Shown here: positions 58,429 through 64,000 of the stretch, piece after piece
Numbering within the stretch: the stretch's first letter is position 1
Layout of the letters: each line of letters starts with the position of its first letter
Origin: Candidatus Latescibacterota bacterium
GTDB taxonomy: Bacteria > Latescibacterota > UBA2968 > UBA8231
Assembly (NCBI GenBank): GCA_965261395.1
Contig: OZ253462.1
Location: 160,001-224,000 of the forward strand
Reading direction: 5' to 3'
DNA: 64,000 nt
Made by a program: the position numbers and the translations under genes
Notes under the pieces: model-generated
The model's database searches: none
Told to the model about the DNA's origin: nothing
The model's input: the letters and a program-made list of their open reading frames with translations, nothing else

Positions 58429-59697
58429 ATGTCCGAAAAACTGCCCCTCGCCATCGTCGGCTGCGGCGGCATGGGCCACCGCCATCTCTACGGCCTTGCC
58501 GAGCTGCAAAGCGCTGGTCTGTCGCCCTTTGAACTAGTGGGAGCCTGCGACCCCAACCTCGACAACGCCCACTCGCTCGCCGACCAAGCCGAGGAGCGGC
58601 TGGGCACGCGACCGCAACCCGTCAAAGATCTCGCCGAACTGGCTGCCGTCGCTCCGGTCCAAGCCGTCGATATCACCACCCTACCGGCCCATCACCATAC
58701 GGTAGCCATCGAGGCCATGGAGCGCGGCTGGCACGCGCTGTGCGAAAAACCCATGGGGCTTACGGCCCGCGCCTGCAAGCAGATGATCGCCAAAGCCCAA
58801 GAGACCGGGCGCGTCCTCTCCGTAGCCGAAAACTACCGCCGCGACCCGGTAAACCGCCTCGCCAAGGCCCTACTCGACGCCGGCATCATTGGGCGTCCGC
58901 GCCTGATGCAGCACATTACCATGGGCGGCGGCGACGGCATGCTCATTTCAGTGTGGCGGCACCAGAAAAACGCCAGCGGTGTCCTCCTCGACGTGGGCGT
59001 TCACTTTGCCGACATCATGGAGTACTTCCTCGGCGAGGCCGACACGGCCTACGCGCAGACGCGCCTGCACGAGCCGACCCGCAAAAACCCCGTAGCCGGC
59101 CGCGACGTCAGCAGCGGCTCGCCGGGAGGCGTCTATGAGCGCTGGCAAAAAGACATGCCCGCGGAGTTTGCGGCCACCGCCGACGACGCGGCCTACGCCA
59201 CCATCCTCTTCAAAAGCGGCGCGGTTGCCCAGTACATCGAAGACCACGCAGCCCACGGCCAACACCTGTGGCAGCGGTCCATCCACGGCAGCCTCGGCTC
59301 GCTGTCCCTACCCGGCGATCGCTCGGGCCAACGCCTCGCGCTCCACCTCGACGGCGCAGACCCCATAGACGACCAAGCTCTCCTCGACCTAGTGCCCGAT
59401 CACCGCCTCGACGATGCCACGGCTGCTCTCTTCGGCGGCGACCGGCTCTTTGAGTACCACTTGCCCTTTCCCGAGACCGACCGCAAGCTGATCGCCGTCG
59501 AATACCACGAGCTCGGCACCTGTATCCAACAGGGGCGACAACCCGAAGTCAATGCCTATCAAGGCGCTCGCTCCGTGGGCCTGTCCTACAGCCTGATGGA
59601 GTCGCAAGTCGCCGGCCGCGCGCTTGCGGTCGATGCTGTCTGCGACGACCAGATCAACGCCTATCAAGCCGAGATCAACGAGGATCTGGGGCTCTAA
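58429..59697 (+). CDS. Gfo/Idh/MocA family oxidoreductase
   Basis: IVGCGGMG, LCEKPM and LDVGVHFAD. Confidence 0.88.
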   Translation: MSEKLPLAIVGCGGMGHRHLYGLAELQSAGLSPFELVGACDPNLDNAHSLADQAEERLGTRPQPVKDLAELAAVAPVQAVDITTLPAHHHTVAIEAMERGWHALCEKPMGLTARACKQMIAKAQETGRVLSVAENYRRDPVNRLAKALLDAGIIGRPRLMQHITMGGGDGMLISVWRHQKNASGVLLDVGVHFADIMEYFLGEADTAYAQTRLHEPTRKNPVAGRDVSSGSPGGVYERWQKDMPAEFAATADDAAYATILFKSGAVAQYIEDHAAHGQHLWQRSIHGSLGSLSLPGDRSGQRLALHLDGADPIDDQALLDLVPDHRLDDATAALFGGDRLFEYHLPFPETDRKLIAVEYHELGTCIQQGRQPEVNAYQGARSVGLSYSLMESQVAGRALAVDAVCDDQINAYQAEINEDLGL

Positions 59698-59701
59698 AAC
59701 A

Positions 59702-60502
59702 ATGGCCGCTATCCTCTGCCCCCGCTGCCACAAACTCGTCAGCGCCGAAGCTGAAACCTGTCCCCATTGCGGCCAGCGCAAACCCGGGCTGTGGGGCGCG
59801 ACCGCCGCCATGCGCCGGCTTGGCTTGCAATTGAATTTCCCGCACTTAATCACCGTGTTCTGCGGCGTGCTCTACCTACTCGCGTTGGCTCTAGATCCAT
59901 CGGCGATCTTCCAGACGCAGAGCCTGATGCAGATTCTCTCGCCCAGCATCCAAGCCAGCTTCAAACTCGGCGTCACCGGCACCGTGCCCATCTTCTCCTA
60001 TGAATTATGGTGGACTCCGATCACCGCCATCTACCTGCACGGCGGCCTGCTGCACATTTTCTTCAACATGATGTGGGTGCGCCAGCTTGGTCCGGTTGTG
60101 GAAGATCTCTTCGGCCCCTTCCGCCTCTTTGCGATCTTCACGGTCGCCGGCATCACCGGCTTCCTAGCCTCGACCCTAGCGGGCCACGAACTCACGCTGG
60201 GGGCTTCCGGCTCGATCTTCGGCCTTTTGGCCGCGGCCATCGCCTACGGTCGGCGCGCCGGTGCCCAGCTCTTCACCCGGCAGTTTCTCCAGTGGGCGGG
60301 CTTGCTTTTTGTCATGGGCTTTGTGATGCCTGGCGTCGATAACTGGGCGCATGGCGGCGGTTTCATCGGTGGCTACGCCGCGGCTTATGTCTTCAGCCGC
60401 AGCTCGGAACGCGAGGGCTTGGGAGCTTATCTGATCGGTGGTTTGTGCCTGTTAGCCACGGTCGGCGCTTTTTTGATGCAGTTTATCACCGTGTTTCTAT
60501 AG
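59702..60502 (+). CDS. Rhomboid intramembrane serine protease with N-terminal zinc ribbon
   Basis: CPRC...CPHC, HIFFNM, GASG and AHGGG. Confidence 0.9.
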   Translation: MAAILCPRCHKLVSAEAETCPHCGQRKPGLWGATAAMRRLGLQLNFPHLITVFCGVLYLLALALDPSAIFQTQSLMQILSPSIQASFKLGVTGTVPIFSYELWWTPITAIYLHGGLLHIFFNMMWVRQLGPVVEDLFGPFRLFAIFTVAGITGFLASTLAGHELTLGASGSIFGLLAAAIAYGRRAGAQLFTRQFLQWAGLLFVMGFVMPGVDNWAHGGGFIGGYAAAYVFSRSSEREGLGAYLIGGLCLLATVGAFLMQFITVFL

Positions 60503-60510
60503 CTCGCCTC

Positions 60511-61170
60511 ATGCCCGACGAACGCATCGCGCTCTTCGATGGCCAAGGCCGTCCCATCGGCAGCAAAAGTCGCGCGGCTGCGTATGGCGACGGCGACCGC
60601 GTTGGCTTGGTTTTCGTCTGGGCGGCTTGGCGCACATCCTCCGGCATCGTCCGCATCCTACTCCAAACTCGCTCGCGACCCGGCGATCCCTATCTCGGCA
60701 GCCTCGACGCGCCGGCCGGCGGCCACATTCGGGCCGGAGAAACGCCCGAGGCAGCGGCACGGCGCGAATTCGCCGAAGAAGTCGGCATCGCGCTGGCACC
60801 CACCGAGTTGGTCTTCCTCGGCCAGCAACCCCTCCAAGACACCGGGCGCTCCGCCATGCAATTTTTCTACCTCTGCACGCGGCCTATATCGCTGGGGGAA
60901 ACCGTATTCAACGAAGAAGTGGGAGCCTTCGTCGAAGTCGGACTCGACGATTTCGACTCCCTAATCTGCGGGCGAACCGCGTCAATCCAAGGCCAAGCCC
61001 GCTACAAGGAAGCCCCAGACGAAACGAGGCCACGGGAAATTACGCCCGCGGCCTTCGCCGCCTATTCCGAGCCGATCATGGACGCCATCCGCCGCTCAGC
61101 CAGCGCGATCCGCGTCTATCTCGATACTGAGCAGATCGACGAGACTATCTGGACGCCTGCGACCGGCTGA
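60511..61170 (+). CDS. Nudix hydrolase (IDI-like)
   Basis: GGHIRAGETPEAAARREFAEEVG. Confidence 0.82.
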   Translation: MPDERIALFDGQGRPIGSKSRAAAYGDGDRVGLVFVWAAWRTSSGIVRILLQTRSRPGDPYLGSLDAPAGGHIRAGETPEAAARREFAEEVGIALAPTELVFLGQQPLQDTGRSAMQFFYLCTRPISLGETVFNEEVGAFVEVGLDDFDSLICGRTASIQGQARYKEAPDETRPREITPAAFAAYSEPIMDAIRRSASAIRVYLDTEQIDETIWTPATG

Positions 61171-62596
61171 CGTAGCGCTCCAGATGCGCCAGCGCCCGGC
61201 CGCTATCTATAGCCTCCCGCACCTCAGCCAACCCCTCTTCGGCACCCGCACTTAGTCCCAGATAGTAGTCAATCAATCCCACGTTGAGCACTATGCGGTC
61301 GTAAACAGGCCCCTGTTCGCCCTTGAGTGCCGCCACGCCCAATGCCGCAAAAGCCCGCGCACTCACCTCCGCAGGACGCGGGCTTTGCGCGTAGTCAAAT
61401 CCGTAGGCCGCCGGGTCCACATCGCAAGCGACCGTCTCCAACCGGCCCCCGACGCGGCGAAATCCCTGCACGTAGTTGATGGCCTTGCGCCGAGCGTCCG
61501 AGGGCTTGCCCAAGCGCAACCCATAGTGGCTGCTCCCCTCCTCGCCCTTGATCACCAGCCCGGCGTCCAGCCCGCGTGCCTGCATCAACCCCAACAGCTT
61601 GTCTTCGTAGCCGGCGTGGTAAAAGCCCGCGATCATGCCGTTCCAAGCCGCGCCGGCAAACAATTGCTGGGCCTTCTCGGTAGTGGCCCAAGGCGGGCGT
61701 TTGGCAATGTGGGTGCGCAAATGGCGCAAAGCATACGCGCGTGGAGCGTACTCGCGCTGGCTCACGTACGCGAACCCAACGGCCGGGTCTTCGATGCAAC
61801 GGGCCGCCGTCGCCAGCGACAGATCAACCCGCGCACCCAAGGCCGCTAGGATCCCTTCCTCGGTGACTCCGCGCTTGGGCGGCATTTCAGCGACGCCGTG
61901 TAGCACAGTCGCCCGACCCAAGGCCGCGCGCACGGCAGCGACGAAGAGCGTCGGGCGAAAGAAGCGCGCCGCGCCGTCAAAGGGCTGGCCAAAATGCGTC
62001 AGTGCCTCCACTTGCAGCGCGGACACCTCCTCTGAGGGGAGCACGGAGTCGAGATGAGCGCGAACTTCTTCCGCATTTTCGATGTTCATCCGCTGGCCGA
62101 TCAAGAATGCGGCCATCAGCGAGGGACGCACCGCGCCCACGAGCATGGCCCCAAGCGCACCGCGTACTTCCTCGTAGTACAAGTGCCCGCCCTGCAAAAC
62201 CGGACACAGAGCCGCAACCACCCGCGCTTCGCCCGCGCAACCAGCGAAATCCGGTGCCATCCCCAGCAAGAAGCGCAAATCATCGGGCATCTTGCGGAGC
62301 GCGCCCCCATAGCGGTCGAACGCCTCGACCTCCGCCGCGCTCCAACCGGTCTGCGCGCCAAAGGTGCGGCGGATGGACATCGCTGCAAAAAACGCACCCA
62401 TCTGGGCTGGGGAAACTTGCTCTGCGCGGGGCAAGGCCCCCTTGAGCGAGGCGAAAATCAGCTCCAGAATGCGCCTAGGGTCTGGGTCGCCCTCTTTTTT
62501 GCCCAGCGGGCGGCTCTGGTGCGGCCCGGTACAGACGCGTGCTTGCGCCTCGAGTACTTCCTCGTTGGGGCCGGGATAAGGATCAGCTTCAGACAC
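61145..62596 (-). CDS. Anthranilate phosphoribosyltransferase-like (glycosyltransferase family 3) protein
   Basis: Two helical N-domains (QMGAFF, AAFLIGQR), PFDG, HGV..MPPK.G and KGEEGS; start uncertain (62596 or 62641). Confidence 0.7.
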   Translation of the reverse strand: MSEADPYPGPNEEVLEAQARVCTGPHQSRPLGKKEGDPDPRRILELIFASLKGALPRAEQVSPAQMGAFFAAMSIRRTFGAQTGWSAAEVEAFDRYGGALRKMPDDLRFLLGMAPDFAGCAGEARVVAALCPVLQGGHLYYEEVRGALGAMLVGAVRPSLMAAFLIGQRMNIENAEEVRAHLDSVLPSEEVSALQVEALTHFGQPFDGAARFFRPTLFVAAVRAALGRATVLHGVAEMPPKRGVTEEGILAALGARVDLSLATAARCIEDPAVGFAYVSQREYAPRAYALRHLRTHIAKRPPWATTEKAQQLFAGAAWNGMIAGFYHAGYEDKLLGLMQARGLDAGLVIKGEEGSSHYGLRLGKPSDARRKAINYVQGFRRVGGRLETVACDVDPAAYGFDYAQSPRPAEVSARAFAALGVAALKGEQGPVYDRIVLNVGLIDYYLGLSAGAEEGLAEVREAIDSGRALAHLERYVSRSQASR

Positions 62597-62729
62597 GATT
62601 TTTGCTCCCTTTATGAGAGAAAATATACGATCCCCGGCCAATGCGCGCCCGGGAATCCAACGGCGCAGATTGCGCGAAATACAGGTTCAGCGCAATTTTT
62701 GATACACCCTCTTCCGCGAGGAATCCCCA

Positions 62730-63143
62730 ATGCGCTACCTCTCTCGTCTTTTCCTTATAGCCTTCGCCATCGCGGCTTGTGGCTCGTCCGACCCGGCCCC
62801 TCCGGCGCTGGTCCACTACGTCGCGGCTCAAGAAGCCTTAGCCGCCGACGATCTAGACCGGGCGCACCAAGCACTGCAAGGCCTGATCCAAAACGCCAGC
62901 CCAACGCTCAAGCCGCTGGCGGAAAAAGCCGCTAGCGCTGCCGACTTGGCTGCGGTGCGCGTTGCGTTCAAGCCGCTGTCCGAAGAAGTGCGGAAGGGCC
63001 AAATACCCGAAGGCTACGTCGTGGCGTACTGCCCGATGGCCGACGGAGACAAGGGGGCGCACTGGGTTCAAAAGGACCAGCCCCAAATCGCCAATCCCTA
63101 CTTCGGCGCTTCCATGCTCCGCTGCGGGGTATTCAAGGAGTAG
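62730..63143 (+). CDS. DUF3347-like lipoprotein
   Basis: IAAC lipobox; YCPMA...W...IANPYFGASMLRCG. Confidence 0.8.
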   Translation: MRYLSRLFLIAFAIAACGSSDPAPPALVHYVAAQEALAADDLDRAHQALQGLIQNASPTLKPLAEKAASAADLAAVRVAFKPLSEEVRKGQIPEGYVVAYCPMADGDKGAHWVQKDQPQIANPYFGASMLRCGVFKE

Positions 63144-63155
63144 CTGCACCCACAC

Positions 63156-63893
63156 ATGATCCGCGTAGAATCCGCTACCCGCCGCTACGGCTTTTTGACC
63201 GCTGTTGACGAGGTCAGCTTTGCCGTTGACCAAGGCGAGATCGTCGGCTTTGTCGGCCCCAATGGTGCCGGCAAGAGCACCATGCTCAAGATGCTCTCCA
63301 CCTTTATCCATCCCACGGCCGGCACAATCTCCATCGACGGGCTCGACGTGGTGGAGCACCCGCTCGCCGTGCGCCGCCGCATTGGCTACCTGTCGGGCGA
63401 CACCCCGCTCTACCAAGAGATGCGCGTCGATAAGTTCCTCCGCTTCATCGCCCGAGCCCGCGGCCTCAAAGGCGACGCCTTGCAGCAGGGCCTAGCGCGC
63501 GCGGTCGCGCTCTGCGGGCTTGCAGAGGTGCTCACCCAGCGCATCAAGGAGTGTTCCACCGGGTTCCGCCAGCGCATCGGCCTAGCTACCGCCATGGTCC
63601 ACGATCCGCCGGTCTTGCTCCTCGACGAGCCAACTCACGGCTTCGACCCCTTGCAGGTCCTGGCCTTCCGCGACACCTTGCGCACACTTAGTCAGGACCG
63701 GGCGATCCTCTTTAGCACCCACATCATCGGCGACGTCGAAGCCATTGCCGACCGCGTGTTGATCATCCACCAAGGGCGCTTGCTCGGCGATGGCCGCGTC
63801 GAACAGTTGGCCGCAGACGCCGGCATCCCCGGGGCTGGCCTCGAAGCCGTCTTCGCCCACCTAGTCCGCACCACAACCCCTGCCCATGTCTGA
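63156..63893 (+). CDS. ABC transporter ATP-binding protein (GldA-like)
   Basis: GPNGAGKST, STGFRQR, LLDEPT and STH. Confidence 0.92.
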   Translation: MIRVESATRRYGFLTAVDEVSFAVDQGEIVGFVGPNGAGKSTMLKMLSTFIHPTAGTISIDGLDVVEHPLAVRRRIGYLSGDTPLYQEMRVDKFLRFIARARGLKGDALQQGLARAVALCGLAEVLTQRIKECSTGFRQRIGLATAMVHDPPVLLLDEPTHGFDPLQVLAFRDTLRTLSQDRAILFSTHIIGDVEAIADRVLIIHQGRLLGDGRVEQLAADAGIPGAGLEAVFAHLVRTTTPAHV

Positions 63894-64000
63894 CGCGCAA
63901 CGCCTGTCTGCTGCCGAGTGCCTACGCGGCGCGCGCATTGTCTTCGACCGCGAGCTAGAGGCGTACTTTGACTCGTCCATTGCCTATGCGTACGCCGCAG
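63886..64000 (+). CDS. ABC-2 permease (GldF-like), 5' part, runs off the window
   Basis: MSDAQ...IVFDRELEAYFDSSIAY, overlapping the ATPase stop. Confidence 0.7.
   Translation, partial: MSDAQRLSAAECLRGARIVFDRELEAYFDSSIAYAYAA

Overview
High-GC bacterial chromosomal window. Its repeated phytanoyl-CoA dioxygenases, Gfo/Idh/MocA oxidoreductases and sulfatase suggest a Latescibacterota/Gemmatimonadota/Poribacteria-like heterotroph (inference only). The backbone carries a phosphonate catabolic cluster (phnA, phnY, FAD amine oxidase), a K+ channel, a selD apparently encoding selenocysteine at an in-frame UGA, a class I DAHP synthase, and many catabolic and transport genes. A mosaic accessory island spans about 9.0-31.5 kb. 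It holds a complete four-gene ubiquitin-like conjugation operon (Ubl, CEHH-type E2, JAMM DUB, E1; type II Bil-like) preceded by an XRE-HTH and ImmA/IrrE-type peptidase pair (CapH/CapP-like), an ApeA-like HEPN gene, a protein with two internal HEPN-like RxxxxH motifs, a frameshifted PQQ dehydrogenase and katG. The cassettes are punctuated by up to five partial copies of a ~270-bp element resembling the oriIS end of an IS91/ISCR rolling-circle transposon, plus IS91, IS110 and LuxR scraps. A small decayed defence islet at 51-54.5 kb holds a truncated SBD-HNH nuclease and an AAA ATPase with an almost fully deleted RloB-like partner. All calls come from reading motifs by eye; no database searches were run.
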